This document shows, piece by piece, positions 33,372 through 44,827 of a DNA stretch of 64,000 nucleotides (position 1 is the first letter of the stretch; every line of letters begins with the position of its first letter). Source of the DNA: an uncultured Candidatus Binatia bacterium (lineage in GTDB: Bacteria; Desulfobacterota; Binatia; UBA9968; JAJDTQ01); contig OZ219754.1 of assembly GCA_964291295.2 (NCBI GenBank), positions 1,280,001-1,344,000 on the forward strand, in the 5' to 3' direction. The notes beneath the pieces were generated by a model, which made no database searches, had not been told where the DNA came from, and worked only from the letters and a program-made list of their open reading frames with translations. The position numbers were made by a program, and so were the translations under genes.

Positions 33372-35213
33372 TCACCGGCCCTTGCGGCTGGCCGCCAGGG
33401 CTTTCGCCCGGGCGGCGTCCACCCACCAGGTATTGAACTGCACTCCCCGGGTGGGCGTGGCCGCGGGACGTCCGAACATGTCCCAGTAGACCAGACGGTC
33501 GTAGGGAATGTGCCACTGGGGAATCACCCAGTGGCCCCACTGCAGCACACGGTCCAGGGCGCGCACGTGGTTCACCAGGCTCCCGCGGTCGGGGGCGTGG
33601 ATCACCTCTTCGATCAGTTCGTCCACCACCGGGTCCCTGATGCCCGCGAGGTTCCGGCTGCCGGGCCGGTCGGCAAAGTCCGAGCCCCAGTATTCGCGCT
33701 GTTCGTTGCCGGGCGACAGGGACTGGCCCCAGCTCCCGATGACCATGTCGAAGTCGAAGCCATCCAGCCGGCGGCGGTATTGCGCGGTATCCACCGTGCG
33801 AACGGTGACGGTGATGCCGAGCCGCGACAGGTTCTTCCTGAAGGGCAGGACGACACGTTCGAACAGGGGGCTGACCAGCAGGATCTCGAAATCCATGGTC
33901 CGACCGGTGGCCGCGTGGGTCAGCTTTCGCGTGGTCTTGTCGATGCTCCAGCCGGCCTCCTCCAGGAGCTTCAGCCCTTGGCGAAGGTTGGCGCGGATGC
34001 GCCCTGAGCCGTCGGTGGCCGGCGGTTCGTAGACCTTGGCAAAGACCTCCTGCGGCAACCGGTGGCGCCAGCGGGCGAGGATGGCCCGCTCCGCCGGCCC
34101 CGGAAGCCCGCTGGCGGCCAGTTCCGAGTTGTCGAAGTAGCTGCGGTTGCGTTTGTACTGCCCGTAGAACAGCGTCCGGTTGGACCACTCGAAGTCGAAG
34201 GCGTAGGCCAGCGCCTGCCGGACCTTCCGGTCCTGGAACAGCGGCCGGCGCGTGTTCATGACGAACGCCTGCATGCCGGTGGAACGGTCGTGGGGGATCT
34301 CCTCCTTCCTGACCCAACCCTGCCGCAATGCGGGAAAGTCGTAGGCCGCGGCCCAGTTCTTGGAGCTGTTCTCCGCCCGGAAGTCGTACGCGCCGGCCTT
34401 GAACGCTTCCACCGAGACGGTGCCGTCACGGTAGTAGTCATGGCGGATCCGGTCGAAGTTGTCGCGCCCCGCGTTCACCGGCAGGTCTCTGCCCCAGTAG
34501 TCCGCCACGCGCTGGTATTCCACGTGGCGGCCGGGTTCGAAGGTGCCGATCCTGTACGGACCGCTGCCCAGGGGCGGTTCCAGGGTGGTCCGGGTGAAGT
34601 CCCGGGTGGCCCAGTAGTGCTTCGGCAGCACCACCAGTTGCCCCAGGATCAGCGGCAGTTCGCGGTTGCCGCCGCTGGCGAAGGTGAAGCGCACGGTCCG
34701 GTCGTCGAGCTTCTCGACCGTCTTCACGCCGCCGTAGTAGCCGCGGTAGAAAGGAACGGCCTTGGTGACCAGGGTCTCGAAAGTCCAGATGACGTCGTCC
34801 GCGGTGACCGGTTTGCCGTCGTGCCAGCGTGCCTCCCGGCGCAGCGTGAACGCCACCCACGAGCGGTCCTCGGGCACGGTGATGCGCTCCGCCAGCAGGC
34901 CGTACTCGCTGAAGGGTTCGTCCGCGGCGCCGGTCGTGAGGGTTTCGTAGATGCGGCCGATGCCCGCCGCTGGACTTCCTCTGACGATGAAGGGATTGAA
35001 GCTGTCGAAGGTGCCGATGGCCTGAAGCCGCACCGCGCCCCCCTTGGGGGCCCGGGGATTCACGTAGTCGAAGTGCCGGAAGTCCGGTCCGTACTTGAGG
35101 TCGCCGTGCATGGCGATGCCGTGGCTCGTGCGCGCCTCGCCGGCCGAAGCTGGCGAAACGGGCATGGCCGCCAGTGCCCACAACGCGAAACCCCACATCC
35201 AGATCGATCGCAT
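33372..35213 (-). CDS. yejA: Peptide ABC substrate-binding protein YejA
   Basis: Signal peptide; HGIAMHGDLKY, PLGSGPY, QSLSPGNEQ. Confidence 0.92.
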   Translation of the reverse strand: MRSIWMWGFALWALAAMPVSPASAGEARTSHGIAMHGDLKYGPDFRHFDYVNPRAPKGGAVRLQAIGTFDSFNPFIVRGSPAAGIGRIYETLTTGAADEPFSEYGLLAERITVPEDRSWVAFTLRREARWHDGKPVTADDVIWTFETLVTKAVPFYRGYYGGVKTVEKLDDRTVRFTFASGGNRELPLILGQLVVLPKHYWATRDFTRTTLEPPLGSGPYRIGTFEPGRHVEYQRVADYWGRDLPVNAGRDNFDRIRHDYYRDGTVSVEAFKAGAYDFRAENSSKNWAAAYDFPALRQGWVRKEEIPHDRSTGMQAFVMNTRRPLFQDRKVRQALAYAFDFEWSNRTLFYGQYKRNRSYFDNSELAASGLPGPAERAILARWRHRLPQEVFAKVYEPPATDGSGRIRANLRQGLKLLEEAGWSIDKTTRKLTHAATGRTMDFEILLVSPLFERVVLPFRKNLSRLGITVTVRTVDTAQYRRRLDGFDFDMVIGSWGQSLSPGNEQREYWGSDFADRPGSRNLAGIRDPVVDELIEEVIHAPDRGSLVNHVRALDRVLQWGHWVIPQWHIPYDRLVYWDMFGRPAATPTRGVQFNTWWVDAARAKALAASRKGR

Positions 35214-35923
35214 GGAACATCCTCCCGGACAGTTGCCCCGGACAAGTATGATGGCCGTGGAGACCCTTTGCAACGACGGTGCGCGGACCGAACCCCGACG
35301 CTCACGCAGCCCGCGGCTGTGCCGGCGGGAGCGCAAGGTTCCATGCGCCGGTTCCGGTAGAAGTTCCCGATCCAAGGTGGAACCGGCCGCGCGCGCCGGG
35401 ATTGCCACCTTCAGAGGCCGTTGGCCGGACTTGGCGGCGTGGCGGAACGGGGCCTTCAAGTGCCGGCTGCGGGACCGTTGGACGGGCTGGCGGTCGGAGC
35501 AGCCGTTTCCGGGTCTGGGTCTGATCGCGTACAACACGCGCCTTCTGGTGCCCTCCAAGTCCGGTGTGTTTCCGAACCTTGCGTCCCATTTCGCGGTGCG
35601 GATGACCTGCGGGTCTGCGCACGCCAACGGGCGCTGAATCAACCCCGCGGTCGGCGGAAGAGGATATTCGTCACGCCGCCGCGGCCCGGCGCCCGGGCGC
35701 TGCTGTCGCATACATCGCGCCCGCGGTGGCCTTCACCAACCGGCGTGGCACCGAGAGCTTTGCCGAAATCCGCCGGCGCTCATCCCTCGACATTTCCCCT
35801 ACACGGACAACCGCAAGGAAGGCGCCAAACACCCTTTCCCCCGCCCTCATCCCAGCACAATCCCCAGCATGGGAAAGTCCTGATGGGAAAGCCCTGGCAC
35901 ATGGAAAGAGTCTCCTGCTTCTG

Positions 35924-37993
35924 CTAGCCCAAGTTTACCACCCTCCAAAAGATCACATTGCATATCATATAGTTATGGTGGCTTGAAGCGGCGAGTGGCA
36001 CTACAGGTGGGTGTTTGAGGGTTGGTTACACGAGGGTTTTGCGGGTTCCTCCGGGAGCGGGATCAATGCCCAAGGCTTTGTAGATGGCCAGCTGGGTTGG
36101 TTCGGCGCGGGTCGCCTTGCGCACGTGCAAGGTGCGCCCTTCAGCACGGCGGAAGGTAGTGGTGACGCGCTGCTGTCCCTGGAGGACGCGGCGTAGCGTG
36201 GTCCAACTGGCGTTCTCCTCGGCTTGACGCAGGCGGGTACGGATGACCTGGACGAGTTGGTAGGCGAACACGGTGATGAACAGATGGCCTTCGGAGCGGA
36301 GCGGCTTGTGGTGGTAGACGGGTCGCAGGCCGAGTTCGGATTTGAGGGAGCGGAAGACGGCTTCGATGTCGGTGAGCCTGACGTAGGTACGCCACAGGGC
36401 TTCTTCCTTCCAGTGGGTTTCGCTGCTGCGCAGGCAGTAGACGCCGGGATGGGTCATCAGGGAGCCGGGGAGAGGGCGGCGGGTGAAGCGCACGGCGGTG
36501 GCGCGTTGACCGGACTCATCGGTGTCGAGTGAGATGTCGTAGTGCTGGGCGATGCCGCGGGTGCTCTCCTTGAGCCGCCCGATACGTTGCCAGACCTGCT
36601 CCACCCGTTTTTGGGTGTGGGGTCGGGAGAGACCTTCGGAGAGCTTGTTCAGGGCGTTCTCGAAGCGCCGGGCGAAGCGCTCGACGATGCCGCGTTCCTT
36701 GGCGGCCCGTTGTTCGGAGAAGCAGTACAGGCGCACCTCCCGACCGTCTGGGGACAGGGCCTTGTGCAATTGTATGCCATGCTTGGAAGCGGTCTTGATG
36801 CGCTGTGCCGCCTGAGGGACGAAGTGCCGGTTGCGTTCACGGCTGACCACCAGGTAGCGGTAGCCCTGCTCACGCAGCCACTGCAGGCGCTCTTCGGTAG
36901 CGAGGCCCCGGTCCATCACCACCAGGGCGGAATGCGGGGCCTTGAGCGCATCCAGCATCCGGGCCAGAGTGTGGTGCTCGCGCACGTTGCCGGCGAAGAC
37001 CTGGGAGCGGCGCACGAAGCCGCTGGAGTCGAGCACGAGCCCCAGGGTGAGCAGCGGGCAATCGGTGCGCTTGTCCTTGGAGTGGCCGCGCAGGGCCTTC
37101 GGTTGGAGGGGCGCCGCGCCCTCGAAGTAGGTGTTGGTCAGATCGTAGAGCGTCACGGTGGGTTCGATCTCGAACAGGTCCATGGCCCGATCGAACAGAT
37201 GCTTTTCGATGACGTCGCGGTGAGCCATCAGGGCATCGGAGGCGCGATACAGCCGCATGGGTCCCATGGTGGCGAACTCCATTCCGAGCAGTTCACCCAA
37301 GGCGCTGCGTTCGCCGAGCCAGCGTCGGGTGGCGCGCTCTGCGCCATACGCGCGATGATCGAGCCGATGGCGGTCGCGCGCATCGAGGCGCCGAGACCGA
37401 GTTGTTCGAGCAGGGTGCGCAGGCCGAGTTGGTCCATGGCCCACAATCCCACGTGCTCGACGCCTACCGAGCGTGGTCGAACCAACTCCAGGGAGTCGAC
37501 ATCCACGCTCTGGAGGTCGCCCCCTTGGCTTGGGGACGCGGTGCCGACGCGCTCCCGGGCGAGGAGTTGGGTGGTGATGCGCTGGGCGTGGTTTTCGAGT
37601 GCCGGGGGACAGCCCGGAGACAGGGGGAGTTGACCGGCAAGCATCTCCTCAATGCGCCGGCACAGCACGGGCCACTCCTGTGGAGCCACATCGAAGTGCC
37701 GCCCGAGATTGAGCAGGGTGCGTTGACGCACCTTTGAACCGTCGCGTTCGGAGCGCACCAGGCGGTGGGTGACGTAAGGTTCGCTGCTGCTGCGAGTACG
37801 GGTGCGACGGATGAACATGAGAGGGTGGCAGCATGGTGCGCCACCCCCAGCAATATCCAGCATGTACTTTGTGGCACTACATTCGCCTGCCCGACAACCT
37901 GCCCACGATATATCAATGACTTGCGTGCCAATTTCGGCAAAATCACCCCTGATTCCTGCCCAAACCGGACTCCAGGTGGTAAAGTTGGGCTAG
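35924..37993 (-). mobile_element. IS1634-family insertion sequence
   Basis: Terminal inverted repeats CTAGCCCAAGTTTACCACC (35924-35942) and GGTGGTAAAGTTGGGCTAG (37975-37993), one mismatch; the outer CTAG may be the target; lower GC than flanks. Confidence 0.88.
36026..37818 (-). pseudogene. IS1634-family DDE transposase, frameshifted near 37345
   Basis: N-part MFIRRTRTR...QRTLLNLG...IIARMA; C-part in another frame ERATRRWL...YDLTNTYFEG...VMDRG...IEAVFRSLKSELGLRPVYH. Confidence 0.85.
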
Positions 37994-38430
37994 GGGAGGG
38001 CGCCGGCGTGACTTGGCGCGCCCCGGCGGCGGGTCTGACCGCGGAACTGCGCGCCCGGATGGTGGCGGTGCACGAGCGGGACCGTGAGGAATGGGGCGTG
38101 AGCGGACTGGTGCGGTTCGACCCGGGGGCCGACGGACGTGGAACTTTTCTGACCTTGGGTCCCTCCCACGGGCGGACGGCAAGCGGGCTGGGGCAGTGGT
38201 TCGACTACGGCCCGGTGACGGAGGAGGCGGGCCACGGTTTCGGCATGGCGGGGTCGGAGCCTCTGGCTTTGCTGACGCCGTATGCGGGGCTGAGCCTGGC
38301 GGAGTCGGGCGAGCGGGCGCTGCGGCTTGGCGCGCGCTACAGCCATGGGGAGTGGGTTTCCTTGGGGGTCGAAGCCACGCGGGCGTCCGCGGAGGACAGC
38401 GTGATGCTGCGCGGTGCGCTGAGTTGGTGA
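37994..38430 (+). pseudogene. C-terminal remnant of an autotransporter-like beta-barrel gene
   Basis: Beta-strand pattern (GLTAELRAR, LTPYAGLSL, LRLGARY) ending LRGALSW-stop; no start outside the IS. Confidence 0.6.
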
Positions 38431-39258
38431 GGACCGCGACTCCGCACGCGATACGAGGAAGGGGGCTTCGCCGCTCCATCCGATCAGCAGTGGAAGCCGG
38501 ACCCTGGTGATGGCCTCCGGTTCCCCCGGGCTGGCGTCGGAGCCGGAACAGGCGAGCCGGCGGGAGCGAAATGGGGCTGGGGCGTCCGAGTCGGAAGGGC
38601 CGGGAGCGGATGCCTTTCCGGAAGACGGATACCGGCAGCCGCGGTACCGTTCCATCGACCGTGACGAAGATGCCGTGCCAGGGCCACGTGACCAAGCCCG
38701 TTTCAGGGTGCGGGTGGAACGGCGGTCGTACCTGCTCAGAATCTGATAGATTTGCCTGTCCACCGTTTCCATGTTTCACGGTCCATGTTTCACGGTGCGG
38801 GTGTAGTGGCGGTCGTACCTGCCCGCTCGCTTCGCCTCATGGGCACGGGCTCCCGGCCCGGCCTCTGGCGGCAACTCCCGCTGTTGACTTTCCCGTGGCC
38901 GGCGGCAGCCGGCGAGTTGGATCCACGCTACGGAAAAACCGTGCGGGATATGGTAAATCTCTCCGAAAGGGCAGGCCCGTGGCCATTCCGGACGCGGGCA
39001 CAACACGCATTTCGAGAACCTTGAGACGTTCCCACGCACCCTGCGGGATTTTCTGGTGAGCGGTTTCTGGTGAGCGGTGGGTGACGAACCGGGAGGCCGG
39101 CACCCTCCTGGGGTTGTAGCCGCGAAAAGGGGAACCGGGGGGCGAAGCCCGGTCGTTGGTGCCGTCGCCGGGCGGCAAAGACGCCGCTGGAGCGCCGCCG
39201 TCTGCGACCATCCCTTCATGGCAGCGGGCGAACGGGGTGGTGGGAGGGAAGTCGGAGG

Positions 39259-40083
39259 ATGGCGATGATCGAATGGACCGAGGCGGGGACATATAGCGAT
39301 ATCCGGTATCACAAGACCGACGAGGGCATCGCGAAGATCACCATCAATCGGCCGGAGGTCCGCAACGCCTTCCGCCCGCTGACGGTGGAGGAGATGATCC
39401 GGGCGCTGGACGATGCGCGGAATGACTCGGTCATCGGGGTGGTGATCCTGACGGGGGAGGGCCGGGAGGCGTTCTGCTCCGGCGGGGACCAGAAGGTTCG
39501 GGGCGACTCCGGCTACAAGGATGAGTCGGGGGTGCACCGGCTGAACGTACTGGAGTTCCAGCGCCAGATGCGAAGTTGCCCGAAGCCGGTCATCGCCATG
39601 GTGGCGGGTTACGCGGTGGGTGGGGGGCACGTGCTGCACGTCATGTGCGACCTGACCATCGCGGCCGACAACGCGGTTTTCGGACAGACGGGTCCACGGG
39701 TGGGTTCGTTCGACGGGGGCTACGGCGCCACCTACCTGGCGCGTATCGTGGGGCAGAAGAAGGCCCGGGAGATCTGGTACCTGTGCCGGCAGTACGACGC
39801 GGGGCAGGCGCTGGAGATGGGGCTGGTGAACGCGGTGGTGCCGTATGAGCGGCTGGAGGAGGAGACGGTGGGGTGGTGCCGGGAGATTCTCGCCAACTCG
39901 CCGATTGCCATCCGCTGCCTCAAGGCGGCGTTCAACGCGGACTGCGACGGCCAGGCGGGGCTGCAGGAGTTGGCGGGCAACGCCACCATGCTGTTCTACA
40001 TGACCGAAGAGGGGCAGGAGGGTCGGAACGCCTTCGTCGAGAAGCGCAAGCCGGACTTCTCCCGATTCCCCCGCCGCCCTTGA
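39259..40083 (+). CDS. menB: 1,4-dihydroxy-2-naphthoyl-CoA synthase
   Basis: [31 protein letters not shown]. Confidence 0.97.
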   Translation: MAMIEWTEAGTYSDIRYHKTDEGIAKITINRPEVRNAFRPLTVEEMIRALDDARNDSVIGVVILTGEGREAFCSGGDQKVRGDSGYKDESGVHRLNVLEFQRQMRSCPKPVIAMVAGYAVGGGHVLHVMCDLTIAADNAVFGQTGPRVGSFDGGYGATYLARIVGQKKAREIWYLCRQYDAGQALEMGLVNAVVPYERLEEETVGWCREILANSPIAIRCLKAAFNADCDGQAGLQELAGNATMLFYMTEEGQEGRNAFVEKRKPDFSRFPRRP

Positions 40084-40103
40084 ACCCGGCGACGAGGGAA
40101 CGC

Positions 40104-40181
40104 GTGAACCACGACCCCCTCTCCCGCCCGCCCGCCTCCGTCTGGCTCCTGGCGGCTCGACCCAAGACCCTCTGGGCATCC
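40104..40181 (+). pseudogene. menA: N-terminal stub of MenA (DHNA prenyltransferase)
   Basis: GTG start after menB; [14 protein letters not shown] matches the MenA WxxAARPKTL N-terminal motif, then similarity stops. Confidence 0.7.
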
Positions 40182-40192
40182 TCCCGCGTCGT

Positions 40193-40220
40193 TTGCACCC
40201 TTGTGGTTTTTTGGTACAGT
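40193..40220 (+). promoter_or_regulatory. Putative sigma70 promoter for the oppD/F-like genes
   Basis: TTGCAC-16bp-TACAGT with TGn. Confidence 0.5.
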
Positions 40221-40271
40221 GCGCGCGTACCGATCGGGGGGGCGCCCGTTTGCCGGGCGCCCCCATGGGGC

Positions 40272-41234
40272 ATGGCGATACTGCTCGAAATCAAGAACCT
40301 GCACACCTCGTTCGTGACTTCCGATGGCGAGTTTCCGGCGGTGGACGGGTTGAACCTCGCCATCGAGGCCGGAAAGACCGTGGGGCTCGTGGGTGAGTCG
40401 GGTTGCGGCAAGAGCGTGACCGCGCTCTCCATCATGCGGCTCATTCCGTCTCCTCCCGGGAGGGTGGCGGAAGGCGAGATCCTCTATCGCGGGCAGGATC
40501 TTCTGAAGGTGGCGGACGAGGAGATGCGGCGGATCCGCGGCAACGAGATCTCCATGGTTTTCCAGGAACCCATGACGTCGTTGAATCCGGTGTTCACCGT
40601 GGGGGACCAGATCATGGAGGCCATCCGCCTCCACCAGAAGGTGAACCGGAGGGAGGCGAAGGACAAGGCGGTGGAGATGCTGCGGCTGGTGAAGATCGCC
40701 GACCCCGCCGTGCGCGTCAACGACTACCCGCACCAGATGAGCGGCGGCATGCGCCAGCGCGTGATGATTGCCATGGCGCTGTCGTGCAATCCGAGCCTGC
40801 TCATCGCCGACGAGCCGACCACCGCCCTGGACGTGACCATCCAGGCTCAGATCCTGGAGTTGATGGGCGAGCTTCAGGACCAGCTCGGCATGGCCCTGCT
40901 GCTCATCACCCACGATCTCGGGGTGGTGGCCGAACAGGCAGACGAGGTGGCCATCATGTACGCCGGCCGGATGGTCGAGCGGGCCAAGCCCGAGTCGATC
41001 TTCAGCAAACCCCTGCATCCCTACACCATCGGCCTGCTGAACTCGCTGCCCAGCGGTACCAGCAAGCGGCGCCTGGACGCCATCCCCGGCGTGGTGCCGA
41101 GTCCTTTGGACCTCCCCAGCGGCTGCCGTTTCCGGGATCGCTGTTTCAAGGCCTCCGGAATCTGTGCCGGCCACGAGCCGAGCCTGGAGGAAAAGGCGCG
41201 CAATCAGTGGGTTGCCTGCTACCGGACCAGCTGA
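40272..41234 (+). CDS. Oligopeptide/dipeptide ABC ATP-binding protein (OppD/DppD-like)
   Basis: [28 protein letters not shown]. Confidence 0.93.
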   Translation: MAILLEIKNLHTSFVTSDGEFPAVDGLNLAIEAGKTVGLVGESGCGKSVTALSIMRLIPSPPGRVAEGEILYRGQDLLKVADEEMRRIRGNEISMVFQEPMTSLNPVFTVGDQIMEAIRLHQKVNRREAKDKAVEMLRLVKIADPAVRVNDYPHQMSGGMRQRVMIAMALSCNPSLLIADEPTTALDVTIQAQILELMGELQDQLGMALLLITHDLGVVAEQADEVAIMYAGRMVERAKPESIFSKPLHPYTIGLLNSLPSGTSKRRLDAIPGVVPSPLDLPSGCRFRDRCFKASGICAGHEPSLEEKARNQWVACYRTS

Positions 41235-41252
41235 CGCGGGGCGGTTGATGTC

Positions 41253-42252
<1,000 letters not shown>

Positions 42253-42254
<2 letters not shown>

Positions 42255-42292
42255 GCCGGGGACAGGGTCACCCCTGACCCTGTCCCCGGCTC
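42253..42292. other. Perfect 18-bp stem hairpin after the oppF-like gene (terminator or RNA stabiliser; no U tract)
   Basis: GAGCCGGGGACAGGGTCA-CCCC-TGACCCTGTCCCCGGCTC. Confidence 0.65.
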
Positions 42293-42338
42293 TCGACCCG
42301 GAGCTTCCGTCCCCTGTCCCGGTTTCCCCCGGCCTTCC

Positions 42339-42366
42339 TTGATTTCTCGCGGGCCGGTGTTAAACT
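42339..42366 (+). promoter_or_regulatory. Putative sigma70 promoter for the greA operon
   Basis: TTGATT-16bp-TAAACT with TGn. Confidence 0.55.
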
Positions 42367-42453
42367 CCGATAGCCACGGGCGGGCGGAGAATGGGCGGAG
42401 AGACTGGGCGGATCTTCCCGGCTCGCCCGGCAATTTTTCAGAGGTGCAGCCAG

Positions 42454-42942
42454 ATGGCAGACAACGACGGCCCCGTGCCGATGACGGCGCAGGGGCATCA
42501 GCAGTTGCTGGAGGATCTCCAGCGCCTCAAGTCCGTCGAGCGTCCCCGGAATGTTCGCGACATCGAAGAGGCCCGGGCTCATGGCGACCTGTCGGAGAAC
42601 GCGGAGTTTCACGCGGCCAAGGACCGCCAGTCCCTGCTCGATGTCCAGATTCGCGAGATCGAGGACAAGATCGCGCGGGCTCAGGTCATCGACGTCTCCA
42701 GGCTCTCCGGCGACAGGGTGGTGTTCGGCGCCACCGTCAAGCTGGTGGACGACGACACCAATGAGAACGTCATCTACAAGATCGTCGGCGAGCACGAGGC
42801 GGAGCCTCGGGAAGGGAGGATCTCCCTGGGCTCCCCGGTGGCGCGGTCGCTGATCGGCCGCCGCGCGGGGGATCTCGTGGAGGTGCGCACGCCCGCGGGC
42901 GTGCGGAACTTCGAGGTACTGGACGTCTCTTTCATCGAATAG
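42454..42942 (+). CDS. greA: Transcription elongation factor GreA
   Basis: HGDLSENAEFHAAK, ISLGSPVARSLIG; RBS GAGGTG. Confidence 0.96.
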   Translation: MADNDGPVPMTAQGHQQLLEDLQRLKSVERPRNVRDIEEARAHGDLSENAEFHAAKDRQSLLDVQIREIEDKIARAQVIDVSRLSGDRVVFGATVKLVDDDTNENVIYKIVGEHEAEPREGRISLGSPVARSLIGRRAGDLVEVRTPAGVRNFEVLDVSFIE

Positions 42943-43051
42943 CCTCGCGGTTCTCGCGGGGCTGCTGCTCCTTTGGCCCGGCCCGGCCCGGGCCGAGGTT
43001 TCGATTCGGGCGCAGCCGGGTTTCGGAGGCATCTTTCGCCTGGGCGAGCCG

Positions 43052-44827
43052 TTGCCTTTGCGCATAGAGCTGGTGAACTCCGGGGTGGCGGTCCGGGGCG
43101 TCCTGGAGGTGGAGGAAGCCCGGGGCGGTGCCACCCGGGGCGTGGAAGCCTACGCGTTCATCCAGCGCCGCGACATCTTCCTCTCCACCCACGCCCGCAA
43201 GGTCGTCCACGTCACCGTGGATCCCGACACGGTGGCGCGGCCGCTGATTCTCCGGTTCACCGGCGCTGGCCGAAGTCACGAAACCACCGTCAGCCTCCGC
43301 GGCCGGTTCACCGGCCGGCCGCTGGTTCTTCTGCTCACCCGGAGCAACGTCGCTCCCGCCATCCCGCTTTCCTACCGGACCCCGGTGCCGGTGGTGTCCG
43401 TCCGGCAGCGCGACCTTCCGGAGGATCCCAGGGCCTACGGCGGCGTCTGGAGCGTCATGGTCTACGAGCAGTCCCTGCGGGGCTTGTCCCGGGCGCAGCG
43501 GGGCGCACTGACGCACTGGCTCTCGGCGGGCGGCCTCATGGTCGTGCTGGGCGGCGCTCACTTCGCCTTGTATCAGGACGCCGCCACCGCCGCGTTGCTG
43601 CCGGTGACGGTGCGCGGCCTGAAGCGGCTGGGCGCACTGCCGGAGTTGTCCGCCCGGTTCGGCGGCAACCTGGCGGACCTCCTGGTGCAGCATGCCGTCC
43701 CGGCCAAGGGGGGGCGCGTGCTGCTGGCGGAGGCGGGGACGCCCCTGCTGGTGGAGAAGAGCCACGGCGCGGGTCGGGTGGTCCATCTGGCGCTGGACGT
43801 GGGAAGGCCGCCGGCGGCCGACTGGACGGGTCTGGCCGCGCTCTTCGGCGAGATTCTGGGAGAGCCGCCGGACCGGGGCATGGAGCCGTGGACCCTGTGG
43901 AACCTGGATGTGTTCGTCGGGCTGCTCCAGGACTTCGGCTTTTCCAGCCTGCGCTCCCCGATGCTCTCCCTGCTGCTGGCGCTGGCACTCTACCTGGGCT
44001 CGCTGCTGCTCTGGTTCCGCTGCTGGAAAGCCGGCGGCCCGCGCCGCTTCAGGCTCGTCCTCGCGCCCGCATGGCTGGTGCTGGCGTTCGCGCTGAGCGG
44101 CTACGCCTACTTCGACCGGGGCGGCCACGTGCCGGACGGTATCCTGATCGCTTCCACGGTGGTGGACGGAACGCTCTGGTCGGAGGTCGCGCCGGTGCAT
44201 TCCAACGTCGGCCTGTTCGCAACCCGGCACAAGGACTTTTCCTTCAGCCTTGACCGCGACCTGACCCAACTTGACCTGTTGCCCGCTCCCGGCGGCGCCG
44301 CGCAACCGTCGCTGGTGCTGCGGGAAGGGCGGCCGCGCAACCGCCTTCACCTTCCCCTGGCGGAATGGCAGGCGGCGCTGTTCCGGACGCGCGCCGTCCG
44401 TCCTTCACCGGTGGTCGTGGATTGGGAGCGCTCGCGCCGGACCTATCGCATCGGCGTCGCCAACCGGGGGCCGGACAGCCTCACCGAATGTTGGCTGCTG
44501 ATGGGCGGGCGCGCTTACCGGATCGGGGATCTTCCGCCGGGCGGCCGCCTGCGGCGCGAGTTTCCGGTACCCCCGGGCGCCGGCGAGGCCGGAGACGGGG
44601 AAGGCCTCCAGCCCCGGGACGTCCGGTTCGACGAAGGGGTGCGCGCGGCCCTGCTGTGGCGTTCGGTGTTTCCCGGGGGTGAACCGGAACCCGGGACGGC
44701 TTTTCTCATTGGCTGGATCCGGGCGGCGGAGCCGGAACCGCGGGTGGACGACCCGCGGGTCCGTACGCACCACTTCAAGCTGCTGCGCGTGGCCATCCCT
44801 TTGGACGCGGAGGAGGAAGAGTTGTGA
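43052..44827 (+). CDS. Large membrane protein with GATase-like domain, MoxR-operon associated (true start probably upstream)
   Basis: ALTHWLSAGGLMVVLGG motif, two central TMs; a signal-peptide-like stretch lies in frame upstream of 43052. Confidence 0.7.
   Translation: MPLRIELVNSGVAVRGVLEVEEARGGATRGVEAYAFIQRRDIFLSTHARKVVHVTVDPDTVARPLILRFTGAGRSHETTVSLRGRFTGRPLVLLLTRSNVAPAIPLSYRTPVPVVSVRQRDLPEDPRAYGGVWSVMVYEQSLRGLSRAQRGALTHWLSAGGLMVVLGGAHFALYQDAATAALLPVTVRGLKRLGALPELSARFGGNLADLLVQHAVPAKGGRVLLAEAGTPLLVEKSHGAGRVVHLALDVGRPPAADWTGLAALFGEILGEPPDRGMEPWTLWNLDVFVGLLQDFGFSSLRSPMLSLLLALALYLGSLLLWFRCWKAGGPRRFRLVLAPAWLVLAFALSGYAYFDRGGHVPDGILIASTVVDGTLWSEVAPVHSNVGLFATRHKDFSFSLDRDLTQLDLLPAPGGAAQPSLVLREGRPRNRLHLPLAEWQAALFRTRAVRPSPVVVDWERSRRTYRIGVANRGPDSLTECWLLMGGRAYRIGDLPPGGRLRREFPVPPGAGEAGDGEGLQPRDVRFDEGVRAALLWRSVFPGGEPEPGTAFLIGWIRAAEPEPRVDDPRVRTHHFKLLRVAIPLDAEEEEL

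Noticed and set aside
35214-35923. N-terminal extension of yejA or another gene remnant
   Set aside because: The signal peptide begins at 35213, and the upstream translation has no motif I can assign with confidence.
37228-37444. Programmed frameshift in the transposase
   Set aside because: No slippery motif at the junction, IS1634 transposases are normally single ORFs, and residues appear to be missing.
38431-39258. Riboswitch or ncRNA in the long spacer before menB (also 11211-11961)
   Set aside because: No recognisable consensus by eye; an Rfam/Infernal scan is needed to decide.
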